DNA of 64,000 bases from a virus. Taxonomy: Duplodnaviria; Caudoviricetes. The notes beneath the pieces were generated by a model. It did not search any database. It saw nothing but the letters and a program-made list of their open reading frames with translations, and was not told the origin of the DNA. This document shows, piece after piece, positions 47,566 to 56,917 of the stretch. The DNA is taken from the IMG/VR virus record IMGVR_UViG_3300020349_000003, one strand, 5' to 3'. Every line of letters starts with the position of its first letter. Position 1 is the stretch's first letter. The position numbers were made by a program, and so were the translations under genes.

Positions 47566-47772
47566 TTATTTACGTTGTTGGTTGACTCGCTCTTCCTCCA
47601 TTCGTTTATTTTCTTCTTTAAGATAGTTCATCAAGAGATTCATATAGATCTCTTTCTCGAATGGTATTAAATTATCAATATAGTCACATGACCACTTATG
47701 GTGGTGCATTAGAGCAAAATTAACCTCGTAGAAGCTTTGTAACGTCTGATGGAGTAGAGCTATCCGAAAAAA
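47566..47772 (-). CDS. gp51: gp51-like baseplate assembly frame (probably reached by -1 frameshift; first ATG at 47709)
   Basis: RIALLHQTLQSFYEVNFALMHHHKWSCDYIDNLIPFEKEIYMNLLMNYLKEEN...; not in ORF track. Confidence 0.75.
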   Translation of the reverse strand, partial: FFRIALLHQTLQSFYEVNFALMHHHKWSCDYIDNLIPFEKEIYMNLLMNYLKEENKRMEEERVNQQRK

Positions 47773-48470
47773 GCTGATAAACCTTCCAGAGTTATATCAC
47801 TTATAACTTTCGTCTTAGGATTAGTCACCTTAACAGTATGAGAGAGTTTAGGCATACTATCAAAGAAATCTTGGACTTCTTGGAACTGCTTACTACTCAA
47901 TTGGTCGAAAAATTCCACCAATTCCTCTTTAGGTGTATCCATAGCATCATATACCTGTTCTTCATCAGCAATCTGCTTTACACAACTTGCTGCCATTTCA
48001 AATACAGAATCTACAGTAGGTTCTTCATCTTGGAAATTCATTTGAACGAATGTATCTAAACTAGGGTAACCCATAGTTAATATGACATCTGGGCCCAATT
48101 TAATTTCTTTTTTGTGCTTCTTATCTTTCTTAACCTTAATTTCATTTAAAGGTATCTTAACAGGAACTTCCGTTACTCCATCATCAGGACATGTTACATT
48201 GACTTCAACAGCCTCACCAACTGATTTGGTACGGATCTGTAGGAAGACAAATTCAATGTCAAAAGTTGGAAGATCGTCGATATCATGAATGTCAGTACAT
48301 TCTACAATAATATTTTTAATTGCACCAACAATATCTTCTTGACTGCCTGTCTCAGTTGCTAGGAGTAGCAATTTCTCTTCTTTTACAAGAAAAGGTCTAA
48401 AGTTCACTGTTCTGCCATCAGACGGCAGTTTCATTTTGTACTTAGGTACATTTAATTTAGGTAATGGCAT
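47760..48470 (-). CDS. gp26: Baseplate hub assembly protein gp26
   Basis: MPLPKLNVPKY...FRPFLVKEEK...IRTKSVGE...FFDSMPKL...LEGLSAFFG. Confidence 0.92.
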   Translation of the reverse strand: MPLPKLNVPKYKMKLPSDGRTVNFRPFLVKEEKLLLLATETGSQEDIVGAIKNIIVECTDIHDIDDLPTFDIEFVFLQIRTKSVGEAVEVNVTCPDDGVTEVPVKIPLNEIKVKKDKKHKKEIKLGPDVILTMGYPSLDTFVQMNFQDEEPTVDSVFEMAASCVKQIADEEQVYDAMDTPKEELVEFFDQLSSKQFQEVQDFFDSMPKLSHTVKVTNPKTKVISDITLEGLSAFFG

Positions 48471-48490
48471 AGTGTTTTCAATTCATAAAA

Positions 48491-48757
48491 TTATTTATGG
48501 AAGTTCTCAGAACCACCACCTTTCCAAGGACTATGTTTTTCAACCGCTAAACGGTATGCCATTTGGTGTGGTGTTTCTGGTTTCTCTTCCTCTTGGGGTT
48601 CTACCGAACATGGTGGATCATAATTATCGGGATTAGGGTCAGGTTTTGCCATAGGCCAGTTATCGTAAGGGTGGGGTACATCATCAAACCACGTATCTAG
48701 TGGTAATCTATGTAGTACTTTCATTTTACCATATTCCGAGTGATTTTTGTGTAGCAT
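48491..48757 (-). CDS. Hypothetical protein
   Basis: ORF track; true start may be MKVLHRL. Confidence 0.5.
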   Translation of the reverse strand: MLHKNHSEYGKMKVLHRLPLDTWFDDVPHPYDNWPMAKPDPNPDNYDPPCSVEPQEEEKPETPHQMAYRLAVEKHSPWKGGGSENFHK

Positions 48758-49643
48758 CTACAGAAGCAAAGATCTGTTGAGCATCGACAAGTGGATCATA
48801 ATAATCATCATCTCTTGAACCTAGTCCAGGAATAGAAATCTGAGTTCTTACTCCTGGTTCATCAAACTCTGCTGCTGTATAGAATCTATAACGTTCAAAG
48901 AAAAATCCTACCGTAAACGTCATAGGACGGTTTGCTTGGTTATTCAACTGAGTTGAACCTAGATTATAAGGAAATGCCTGTTGCATCTCCCAACTTGCAG
49001 TCAATTTATAATTAAATGCTTTTTGTGGATGTCTATCATTAGGATTCCATCCTTCTATCCTCTCATTTGCATTTCTTGTTTCAAATGTTCGGGGTTCTTC
49101 ACGTTGTCCACCTTTCTCCCATTTAAAAATCATCATTCTAGGAGCATTATAATAATCATAATAATCACTATACTGATTAGCATCAGGAGCCATTAGTGAT
49201 ATCCACCTTTCAAAAAAGTTTCTACTATGTTGGGATTTGGGTGTAATAAAAGTTGCAGAGACCTGACTGAAAGCAGATCCAGTAGCATATTTAGTTGCAG
49301 TACCTATATTAACAAGTGAACCAGTTGTAACCTGTTTACTTGGTGTACTAATAGTTTGACAATAGAAATTTAAGCACTTACCCAACATTCCCCCTTTACC
49401 ACCCGAACCAGGCATGAATGTTGAATCTTGATATCCAATAGTATCTGATATTACATGACCGTTGACACCATCACGTGCAGTCCAGTTTTTTAAGATTGCT
49501 GGTGGTACGATATGTATCGAAAATAAATTAGTAGACGCTGGAGAATAATCTTTATCCTTTAAGGCAAAGGACATGAACTCCTGTAAACTTGGGTATGCTG
49601 CCCTAGCTTGTTGTTTATGTGGTATATCTGAACGCCAAGGCAT
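48726..49643 (-). CDS. Tail-tube-fold baseplate protein (gp54-like)
   Basis: FYCQTISTP...FFERW...AFPYNLG...FTVGFFFERY tube-fold pattern. Confidence 0.55.
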   Translation of the reverse strand: MPWRSDIPHKQQARAAYPSLQEFMSFALKDKDYSPASTNLFSIHIVPPAILKNWTARDGVNGHVISDTIGYQDSTFMPGSGGKGGMLGKCLNFYCQTISTPSKQVTTGSLVNIGTATKYATGSAFSQVSATFITPKSQHSRNFFERWISLMAPDANQYSDYYDYYNAPRMMIFKWEKGGQREEPRTFETRNANERIEGWNPNDRHPQKAFNYKLTASWEMQQAFPYNLGSTQLNNQANRPMTFTVGFFFERYRFYTAAEFDEPGVRTQISIPGLGSRDDDYYDPLVDAQQIFASVDATQKSLGIW

Positions 49644-50065
49644 TATACTCTAAGCTCCTTTTCTGTAATGATCATGAACTCCATATTATAATCTTTGCAA
49701 AACTCAGTTGCTGCTTTCCACTTCGCATTATTGACACTCCAAGTGACAACTTCATTAATATATTTTTTAGTAACCCTTTTCTGTGTTTTAGGTTCCTTAG
49801 TCTGTCTAAGTGGTTTAACCTCTACTATAAATTTCTTTCCATTAGATTTAACATAAAAATCTGGAAAGTATCTATGACGTTTACCATCAACAGGTGAAAT
49901 ATAAGGTATAATTACTTCTTCACTACCCCATTCGGTAATAGAAGAATTAGCATCACAGAATTTCATAAACTTAAGTTCCCACCCTGAGCGATAGACTATA
50001 TTATGATAATCACCCTTATACTTATTAGGTTTTTTAGGAAAGTACTTTCCTCGCTTATAACGCAT
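49643..50065 (-). CDS. gp4: Head completion protein gp4
   Basis: KYKGD...YRSGWE...WGSEE...HRYFPDF...EVKP...N.AKWKAA. Confidence 0.92.
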   Translation of the reverse strand: MRYKRGKYFPKKPNKYKGDYHNIVYRSGWELKFMKFCDANSSITEWGSEEVIIPYISPVDGKRHRYFPDFYVKSNGKKFIVEVKPLRQTKEPKTQKRVTKKYINEVVTWSVNNAKWKAATEFCKDYNMEFMIITEKELRV

Positions 50066-50094
50066 AAATAAATACAGGTCACGTTAATATTTAG
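50064..50094. promoter_or_regulatory. Divergent T4-type late promoters
   Basis: CATAAATAAATA on + (towards gp48) and CCTAAATA on - (towards gp4); similar (T/A/C)ATAAATA boxes precede most structural genes. Confidence 0.6.
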
Positions 50095-50103
50095 GTAGTT
50101 AAG

Positions 50104-51192
50104 TTGTCAATTTTCAGATACCCTTACCGAGCTCCTGTAACGCATGGTGAACGCCATAGAGATGCTGATGGTGCAACCTATGCAATTGACTGGGTTAGGT
50201 TTAAAAGTTTCCAAATGTCATTTCAAGATGACAACGCTGCATTCTATGGTGGTAATATAGGTGCAGTTAAAGCAGATAGGGTATACGATAATGATACAGT
50301 ATACCTCAATATACCACCAGCATTATCAACAACATACCAATCAAACTATAGAACCGTAGATCTTGGAGTTGGTGGTATTGCTCTTGCTAATGCAGCAGCA
50401 AACGTAGAAGGCGAGATAAATTTTGATAAATTAGCAGAAACAATCCAAATGGCTGCAAAAGCAGCAAACCCTGAATTTGGTGCAAGTGCAATGACACAAG
50501 CAGCAAACAGTATTAGTGGATTCTTAGGATTACAAGGTAGTGTTGATATTAACAGTCTAGAGCAAATGACAAAGGGGAGAATATTCAACCCATATACGGA
50601 ACAAGTCTTCAATAACATGAGTTTCCGTAATCATAATTTCAGTTTTAAAATGCTTGCTAGAAACCCTACAGAAGCAGAGAATATTCATAATATTTGCACA
50701 TGGTTTAAAATGGGTTCTCACCCAACATTCCAAAGTGGTAAATTAGCAAGAAAGGTACGTCCAAAGAAATCTCAAATAGGTAAAAAAGGAGCAAAATACG
50801 AACCATTCGATGAAACTATCAAATCATTGAAAGATCTATTTGGATGGGGTAACAGCGATGATGACCCTTGGACAGGTGGGGGTCAATTAATGACAACTGC
50901 CGAAAGTCAGCGTTATTTCCAAGTTCCAAGAAAATTTGATATTCAATTCTGTCGTTTTGACTCTCAAGGAACTCTCGTATCTAGTGATGGTGATTTAGAC
51001 CGTAATCTACATTTCAAGATATATCCTTCAGTATGCACAAACGTTACAGTGAACTATACTCCTGATAACCAATACAACGCTTTAAAGAGGGCAGGTGGTA
51101 ATTCACTACTAAATGTACCAGCATTAGTATTGAACATTCAATTCACAGAGACTAAACTACTCACAACCGAAGATATAGAGAAGGGTTACTAA
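50104..51192 (+). CDS. gp48: Baseplate tail tube cap gp48
   Basis: IFNPYTEQVFNNMSFRNHNFSFKMLARN..EA...VNYTPD...QFTE. Confidence 0.88.
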   Translation: MSIFRYPYRAPVTHGERHRDADGATYAIDWVRFKSFQMSFQDDNAAFYGGNIGAVKADRVYDNDTVYLNIPPALSTTYQSNYRTVDLGVGGIALANAAANVEGEINFDKLAETIQMAAKAANPEFGASAMTQAANSISGFLGLQGSVDINSLEQMTKGRIFNPYTEQVFNNMSFRNHNFSFKMLARNPTEAENIHNICTWFKMGSHPTFQSGKLARKVRPKKSQIGKKGAKYEPFDETIKSLKDLFGWGNSDDDPWTGGGQLMTTAESQRYFQVPRKFDIQFCRFDSQGTLVSSDGDLDRNLHFKIYPSVCTNVTVNYTPDNQYNALKRAGGNSLLNVPALVLNIQFTETKLLTTEDIEKGY

Positions 51193-51194
51193 AT

Positions 51195-51938
51195 ATGGCA
51201 TATTTTTCACAATTACCAAATACCTATATTGGGGAAGGTCTTACAGATGACGAATCATTCAAATATCGTCTTGTCAAAAATATCTTCAGAAGATGTAAAA
51301 TCAGAGATGATCTTGAAAAGTACACAACTCTATTTGAAACTACATCTATCCCAGATGGAGTTAGACCTTCAGATCTCGCATTAGCAGTACTTGGAAGTGC
51401 AGGACTTGATTGGGTAATTCTTATCGTAAATAATATTACAGACGTATATGAACAATGGCCAAAATCCGAATTTGACCTTCAAAACTACGTAATGGAGAAA
51501 TACCAAGATCCTGATGATATTCACCATTACGAAACTCTTGAAGTTAAATACAATGATGTAGTTTTCGTCAAAAGAGGTATAGAGGTCAATTCTACTTTTA
51601 GAGCAGTATTACCAGATGGAACAACTAAGACAACAGACGAATCAATATATCCAGTAAGTAATTATGAGCACGAGTCATATGAAAATGACATGAAGAGACT
51701 TATGCGAATACCTACAGGACAATTGACAAATATGATTACTGACGAATTTGCTAATTTGGTTGCATATGAACCACATTCAGAATTAGATGATCAAAACAAT
51801 AAAAAAACTGTGCTAAATGTAGCACAGCGATTTATAGACACTAGAGGTTATATTAGTGCTAGTGTGAGTAATCAAGTAGAGCTAGGCACAGTAACCTCAT
51901 ACGATAACGGACCAGGTTCATCAACAATTCAGGTTTAA
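51195..51938 (+). CDS. gp53: Baseplate wedge subunit gp53
   Basis: YFSQLP...KNIFRR...RP..LA...DWVIL..NNI...WP...IHHYET. Confidence 0.9.
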   Translation: MAYFSQLPNTYIGEGLTDDESFKYRLVKNIFRRCKIRDDLEKYTTLFETTSIPDGVRPSDLALAVLGSAGLDWVILIVNNITDVYEQWPKSEFDLQNYVMEKYQDPDDIHHYETLEVKYNDVVFVKRGIEVNSTFRAVLPDGTTKTTDESIYPVSNYEHESYENDMKRLMRIPTGQLTNMITDEFANLVAYEPHSELDDQNNKKTVLNVAQRFIDTRGYISASVSNQVELGTVTSYDNGPGSSTIQV

Positions 51939-52014
51939 CTGAAAAACCTTTTTGACGAAAAAATATGCCGAGTTTTTTTCAGCGTTTCCTGGGAATCAGA
52001 GATCGAATAATATA

Positions 52015-52182
52015 TCAGTCTTGCATGGGACTTCCAGTCCTGTACCTTGCATTGACCATCATACTTTCTAGCTCAATAATATAGTTTGTATTGTGCCAAC
52101 GTGACTCTTTAATCTCATCCATAGCTTGAGATACTTGACACTCGGTCTGTTGGTCTTCATGGGTGAAATAATCGCCTGACAT
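52015..52182 (-). CDS. Small hypothetical protein (55 aa, not in ORF track)
   Basis: MSGDYFTHEDQQTECQVSQAMDEIKESRWHNTNYIIELESMMVNARYRTGSPMQD. Confidence 0.5.
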   Translation of the reverse strand: MSGDYFTHEDQQTECQVSQAMDEIKESRWHNTNYIIELESMMVNARYRTGSPMQD

Positions 52183-52253
52183 GTGTATTGTGTTGAATCT
52201 TACACACTATTTTATAACGAAACCCTCATAAAAGAGGGTTTTTTTATAATGTT

Positions 52254-52880
52254 TTAAGTTTTCCTTGACAGATGGTAATAATAGCATCCATCACCATGAG
52301 CACCGTACATAGGTGCATAAGTTCTTCTATCAATATGAAATTCATCTTCAATAATCGATTCAAATCTATCAGGAGTGTAACCGTAAACTGGTAACTTACC
52401 TTGTGATACATGGAAGATAGGTTCATCAGAATCCTCTCTTCTAGCGAACACTCTGATAAACATTTTACTATTTGATACACCCAATAGAACTCTGTGATAT
52501 TCTTCTATAATTAAAGTAGTATCTCTTGGATGATTCACATGGAATGCTCCAGCATCAATAAGATAATCAAAACTACCAGTCTTAAAGGGTAAATCTCTTA
52601 TATCACCATGCACAAAGGTAGCTTCTGGAATCGCTTTAGCGGCTCTATCTACTACAGTCTTTGAAAAATCCAATCCCACTACTTCACATTTAGTTGCAAG
52701 GTACTTGGTATTCCTACCATCAGCACAACCAGCATCTAATACTCTTAATGTACTTGGTACATTATACTCCTTAATAAAATTTACTACAGATAGATCTGGA
52801 ACATAATCATTCTGTACATCCCAAGGTCCACCATCAGGACGTTGTTGGAAGTATCCATCCCAATCTTCTTGTAAAGTCAT
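52254..52880 (-). CDS. Class I SAM-dependent methyltransferase
   Basis: VLDAGCADGRN, GLDFS, GDIRDLPF..GSFD. Confidence 0.88.
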   Translation of the reverse strand: MTLQEDWDGYFQQRPDGGPWDVQNDYVPDLSVVNFIKEYNVPSTLRVLDAGCADGRNTKYLATKCEVVGLDFSKTVVDRAAKAIPEATFVHGDIRDLPFKTGSFDYLIDAGAFHVNHPRDTTLIIEEYHRVLLGVSNSKMFIRVFARREDSDEPIFHVSQGKLPVYGYTPDRFESIIEDEFHIDRRTYAPMYGAHGDGCYYYHLSRKT

Positions 52881-53206
52881 AATTGATCCTTCAGATATTT
52901 TAAGAGGTCATTCTGTCTGATATCAGACTCCACAATAACCTTAGTTTTCTCTGCGATAGCATCCAAGACATTAACGTCAAGACCTGCGAATGGTGGAATG
53001 ATACCAAGTATGCGAAGTAATCCATCTACAAATAGTGCGAGTGCAGTGAAACCAAGTATCATTGATATGATAGTTGCATCACGATTATGTTTACGCATTG
53101 ACTCTTCATCTATGCGTCTTGCTTCTGCTAAAGCATCAGCGACCATCTTATCTACTTCTGCTTTAGTATAAAAATCTCCTAGAAATGGTATGTCGTGTTT
53201 GTCCAT
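52877..53206 (-). CDS. Hypothetical membrane protein
   Basis: IISMILGFTALALFVDGLLRILGIIPPF hydrophobic segment. Confidence 0.6.
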   Translation of the reverse strand: MDKHDIPFLGDFYTKAEVDKMVADALAEARRIDEESMRKHNRDATIISMILGFTALALFVDGLLRILGIIPPFAGLDVNVLDAIAEKTKVIVESDIRQNDLLKYLKDQL

Positions 53207-53610
53207 TAGCCACCATCAATATCACATCCAATGTGACTACCAACTACTGCACCTAATGGGATTGCCCACCAACGTCCATCTCCTTGTGAGATAGCAGCAG
53301 CAAGACCACCACCTAATATACCACCAGCAATCTTACCATCACCACATTCATTTCCATCACGTGAAGGTCTTCTAACTGGTCTTGAAGGTGTATGACTTGC
53401 ATACCCTCCATTACAGGGAATCTCTACCCTGTCTTTAAATGTATCAACATAACCTGGATTGTTGTAAGTGCCTGGTACATACTCCTCTCTGTATACATTC
53501 TTGTAACAGATCTCAGACTCTGACCATCCTGGTTGAAAAAAATCTTTCCACCCAGCTTGTGCTGGTGTTGCAGACAAGAAGGGTATCAAAAGTAATGGTG
53601 TGAACTTCAT
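53206..53610 (-). CDS. Secreted glycine-zipper protein
   Basis: Signal peptide; GGILGGGLAAA...GAVVGS. Confidence 0.65.
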   Translation of the reverse strand: MKFTPLLLIPFLSATPAQAGWKDFFQPGWSESEICYKNVYREEYVPGTYNNPGYVDTFKDRVEIPCNGGYASHTPSRPVRRPSRDGNECGDGKIAGGILGGGLAAAISQGDGRWWAIPLGAVVGSHIGCDIDGG

Positions 53611-53631
53611 AAATCTCCTTTTAATATACTA

Positions 53632-53690
53632 ATTATAACAGCAAAAGGAGGATATGAAGTCCTCCTTGTGCCAGTTTATAATCAGTCCTC
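53632..53690 (-). promoter_or_regulatory. gp32 terminator overlapping an early-type promoter
   Basis: AAACTGGCAC half-site, AAGGAGGA/TCCTCCTT hairpin plus T-run, TATAAT 53632-53637. Confidence 0.6.
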
Positions 53691-54593
53691 CTCTGCTAAT
53701 GAAGCAAAGTATGACAATGTGTCTTCTTCACCGCTTGCTGGTGCAGCAGCGACTGCTTTCGCTTTGAAATCAGTTACTTCTTTACCCCAGTTAGCAGGTG
53801 CTACTTCTTCCTCACTCTCATCAACAACAGGTGCTGTACGTTGTGGAGCCTTACCCAAAACAAGACTCAATCTTGCTTTAAGTTGTTCATATGACTTAAA
53901 GTTCTTAGCAGCTTCAAACTCAGCAAGTGAGTAGGACTGTTTCCAAATCTTTTCTAGTTCATCATCATCTAGTTTAGCTAGAGTAGCAGGTGCAGCGAAC
54001 TCTGACTTATCATAGTTCCAGTACCCATCAACCTTTCTAATCTTTACCTTGAAGTCTGCACCTTTCCATAGGTTAAATGGATCCAGTGGAGTCTCGTCAG
54101 CAAATGCAGGTTGCATTGCTTCTACTAGTTTGTCAAATATCTTCTTACCGTAGCGGTATAAGAAGACTCTTCCTTCGTTCTCTGGATGTGCAGGGTCACT
54201 CACAACATAGATGTTAGAATAGTAAGAGAGTTTTCTCTTCTGTGTTCTAGCAGTTGCCTTGTCAGACTCACGACCACTGTTCCATAGTTCCCTGTTCATT
54301 TCACCGACAGGATCATCCTTACCTATAGTGGTAAGAGAGTTCTCGATGTACCACTGACCACCAGGTCCTTTGAAGGAGTGTGACCAGATCTTTGCCCAAG
54401 GCATGTCCTCTCCATCTGGAGCAGGAAGGAATCGGATAACGGCATAACCGTTTCCTGATTTATCCAACTCAGGTTTCCATAGACGCTCATCAGCACCTGA
54501 ACTCTGAGGTTGGTTTAGTTTTTCTATCTCTTGTGTCAGTTTACTAAGACTGCTACCAGCAGAGGCAGCTTTCTTTAGTGAAGCAAATGACAT
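53682..54593 (-). CDS. gp32: ssDNA-binding protein gp32
   Basis: DERLWKP.LDKSGNGYAVIRFLP...WYIENSLTT...NYDKSEF; acidic tail. Confidence 0.96.
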   Translation of the reverse strand: MSFASLKKAASAGSSLSKLTQEIEKLNQPQSSGADERLWKPELDKSGNGYAVIRFLPAPDGEDMPWAKIWSHSFKGPGGQWYIENSLTTIGKDDPVGEMNRELWNSGRESDKATARTQKRKLSYYSNIYVVSDPAHPENEGRVFLYRYGKKIFDKLVEAMQPAFADETPLDPFNLWKGADFKVKIRKVDGYWNYDKSEFAAPATLAKLDDDELEKIWKQSYSLAEFEAAKNFKSYEQLKARLSLVLGKAPQRTAPVVDESEEEVAPANWGKEVTDFKAKAVAAAPASGEEDTLSYFASLAEED

Positions 54594-54651
54594 AATCGTA
54601 TTCTCCGTATTGTGTGTATTGGATTGCTACTGTGTAATCGTAGCATACTAT

Positions 54652-54984
54652 TTAGGTTAGGTCAAGCTGTTGATTTTCTGCTTTCCCTAACGTGTCTACC
54701 ATAGCATCCATGCAGTCTAAAAGACTTTTATACCCGAATGCTTGAGACAAGGCATCAATCCTTGTTCTCATGTCTGCTGCTTCAGCATCTTCTTTAGCAG
54801 CAAGAGACAGTCTGAAATAGAATGTCTTCTGTTTATCAATGAGTACCTTACAACTTTCTATATGCTCTAACCTATCCTCCTTTGACATCATAGGTACTTT
54901 ATTAGTCACCGATGCTATCTCTTGGTATGTGTTAAATATATCTTGTAAGTTTTCCTGTACTTGATCTGAACTAAAAAATGTCAT
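54652..54984 (-). CDS. Cyanobacteria-like helical protein (DUF1825-like)
   Basis: FFSSDQVQENLQDI...LIDKQKTFYFRLSL. Confidence 0.65.
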   Translation of the reverse strand: MTFFSSDQVQENLQDIFNTYQEIASVTNKVPMMSKEDRLEHIESCKVLIDKQKTFYFRLSLAAKEDAEAADMRTRIDALSQAFGYKSLLDCMDAMVDTLGKAENQQLDLT

Positions 54985-55235
54985 AAAGGTAATACTCCTT
55001 TTGATGATTGTTTCATATAATTTAATCGTTGAGCTTCACACTTCAACCTTTCTTTGAGAGGTTTAGCTAACAGTTTTGGTACTGTTTCTAATTCAATCTC
55101 TTTATCTTGGCAGTATGCTACCACCGCTTCAATATAAGTTATCAATCCATTACTTTCATGTACTAGTCTCTCAATTTCTTGAGAGAATTTAGTAGAAGTT
55201 AGGAACTTATCTTCTAAAACGTTTTCTTTAGGCAT
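54981..55235 (-). CDS. gp33: Late transcription coactivator gp33
   Basis: KFSQEIE...YIEAVV.YC...IELETVPKLL.KPLKERL..EA..LN; start trimmed to MPKEN. Confidence 0.88.
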   Translation of the reverse strand: MPKENVLEDKFLTSTKFSQEIERLVHESNGLITYIEAVVAYCQDKEIELETVPKLLAKPLKERLKCEAQRLNYMKQSSKGVLPL

Positions 55236-55911
55236 TAGTTTGTCCCCTAACAAAGTCTTCAATGTAGGATTTGAGTAGTTGTAGATAGTCATCAAGATTG
55301 TACTTCTGAAATACTTGAACAGATCCGTCTTCAACCGCAATGAGTGTGACAATTTTCTTTACCTCAATACCAGTGAGTTCAAGGAACATTGCTGCGTACG
55401 CAGTTTCTTGAACAAAATAATGTTCAACCCAATCTTCCTTCTTTTCTTTAGTGGAGGTTTTAAAATCAATTACTGCTAACTCACCATCAAACTCTGCAAT
55501 ACAGTCTACACGACCAGCAAGTCCAAGATAATGTGAGTAAAGGAAAGTTTCTAAACAGTGTATGTTATCAATGCGATCAAGAGTGGTCTTGGCCGACTGA
55601 AACATTCTAACAGACAAAGGGTTATTTGCCAAGTAGCTATCAAGATTTAAATTATCTTTAATATAATCCTCAGTGATACTATGAAAGGCAGTACCTCTTT
55701 GTGTTGCTCTAGCAGTAATTTGATTAGCCTCATGCTCACCTACTTTCTTTCTCCAACCTGCGAAGAATGCTGCGTTCTTAAACGATGTGATTGAGGTAAC
55801 GCTCGGATAATATTTATCAGCACCAGGAATTGGGTAAAATCTTACCCCATCCTTGTTAACTGGTTCAACATCTATCGGTACGATAGGATCATTAACGAAG
55901 GTAAAACTCAT
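55228..55911 (-). CDS. PD-(D/E)xK exonuclease
   Basis: YPSVT, RGTAFH, AGRVDCIAE...IDFKTS, Q..AYA. Confidence 0.88.
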   Translation of the reverse strand: MSFTFVNDPIVPIDVEPVNKDGVRFYPIPGADKYYPSVTSITSFKNAAFFAGWRKKVGEHEANQITARATQRGTAFHSITEDYIKDNLNLDSYLANNPLSVRMFQSAKTTLDRIDNIHCLETFLYSHYLGLAGRVDCIAEFDGELAVIDFKTSTKEKKEDWVEHYFVQETAYAAMFLELTGIEVKKIVTLIAVEDGSVQVFQKYNLDDYLQLLKSYIEDFVRGQTNA

Positions 55912-56675
55912 TAGAAACCAAGATTGTATTTTGTGATTAAGTATTGCTTGACTAGACCAGACCTTACGATGTCATCTAGTCCAAACTCTATACAGGTAAA
56001 GTCCTTCATCTCCTGAAGGATTTGTATGAAGTCTGATATCTTAGACTTCTCGGATTCTCTGACCAGATCTGTCTGAGTGATGTCACCACAGAACATAATC
56101 TTAGAGTCTTCACCTACTCTTGTTATTATACTATCTAATTCATGAAAATTCAAGTTACTGAATTCATCTACAATAATAATAGCACTGTCAAGAGTAGTAC
56201 CCCTGATAAAAGATGTAGACCAGAAGTCAATTGTTTCTTGCGTTCGTAAGTTATCATAAAGCATATTAAATGAGTTATCATCTGGCATACCAAACATATA
56301 CCTCACCATATTCTTGTAAGGTATTTGATATAGGTATGACTTATCTTCATGATCACCAGGAAGAAATCCTATCTCTCTAGTAGGTACGAGTGACCGTACC
56401 ATGTATATCTTATCATGGGGGGAGGTCTCATCTAATACTTCTTGGAGTGCTAGGTAAAGCATAATGAATGTCTTACCTGTACCAGCAGCACCATGTAATA
56501 AAAGATTCTTACCTCTCTTGTACTCATCAAAAGCAATTTTTTGATTGTCAGTAAGAGGCTTGATGTCAGTCATGTATGACTTATCAATGGGCTTCTTTCT
56601 TTTCATCATCTTCTTTGACATGGGTTGTAGTGGTGCAGTACCATTACCGTTGGATTTCTTTCTGGCTCTTGGCAT
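55911..56675 (-). CDS. phoH: PhoH-family ATPase
   Basis: GAAGTGKT, GFLPG, RGTTLD, GD..QTDL, DIVRSGLV. Confidence 0.95.
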   Translation of the reverse strand: MPRARKKSNGNGTAPLQPMSKKMMKRKKPIDKSYMTDIKPLTDNQKIAFDEYKRGKNLLLHGAAGTGKTFIMLYLALQEVLDETSPHDKIYMVRSLVPTREIGFLPGDHEDKSYLYQIPYKNMVRYMFGMPDDNSFNMLYDNLRTQETIDFWSTSFIRGTTLDSAIIIVDEFSNLNFHELDSIITRVGEDSKIMFCGDITQTDLVRESEKSKISDFIQILQEMKDFTCIEFGLDDIVRSGLVKQYLITKYNLGF

Positions 56676-56905
56676 TATGTAAAGCGGCTCAAGTTTGTTG
56701 TAGGATGTGCTTCTTGTACTCTAGACATAACCTCCTTAAATCCATCGGACTGTTTAGGTGTGCCATAAATGGTACGTGGTGCTTGATTACCAAAGTATCT
56801 TTCCAACTCTGGATGGTCTTCTTTGAATTGATCGAGCTTAGTCATTGACATAGTAAGCTCAGTAATCTCACCTGTCTCCTTATTAATAAAATCGTACGTA
56901 GGCAT
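56675..56905 (-). CDS. FmdB-like small protein (no cysteines)
   Basis: MPTYDFINKETGE...SDGFKEVMSRV. Confidence 0.6.
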   Translation of the reverse strand: MPTYDFINKETGEITELTMSMTKLDQFKEDHPELERYFGNQAPRTIYGTPKQSDGFKEVMSRVQEAHPTTNLSRFT

Positions 56906-56917
56906 TGTTGGTAAGTC

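Noticed and set aside
46635-47585. 316-aa plus-strand ORF and other antisense ORFs (e.g. 45126-45665, 19499-19876)
   Set aside because: Shadows of real minus-strand genes, with low-complexity translations and no motifs
55228-55911. Cas4 or anti-CRISPR interpretation of the nuclease
   Set aside because: It lacks the Fe-S cysteine cluster and is the usual exonuclease between phoH and gp33
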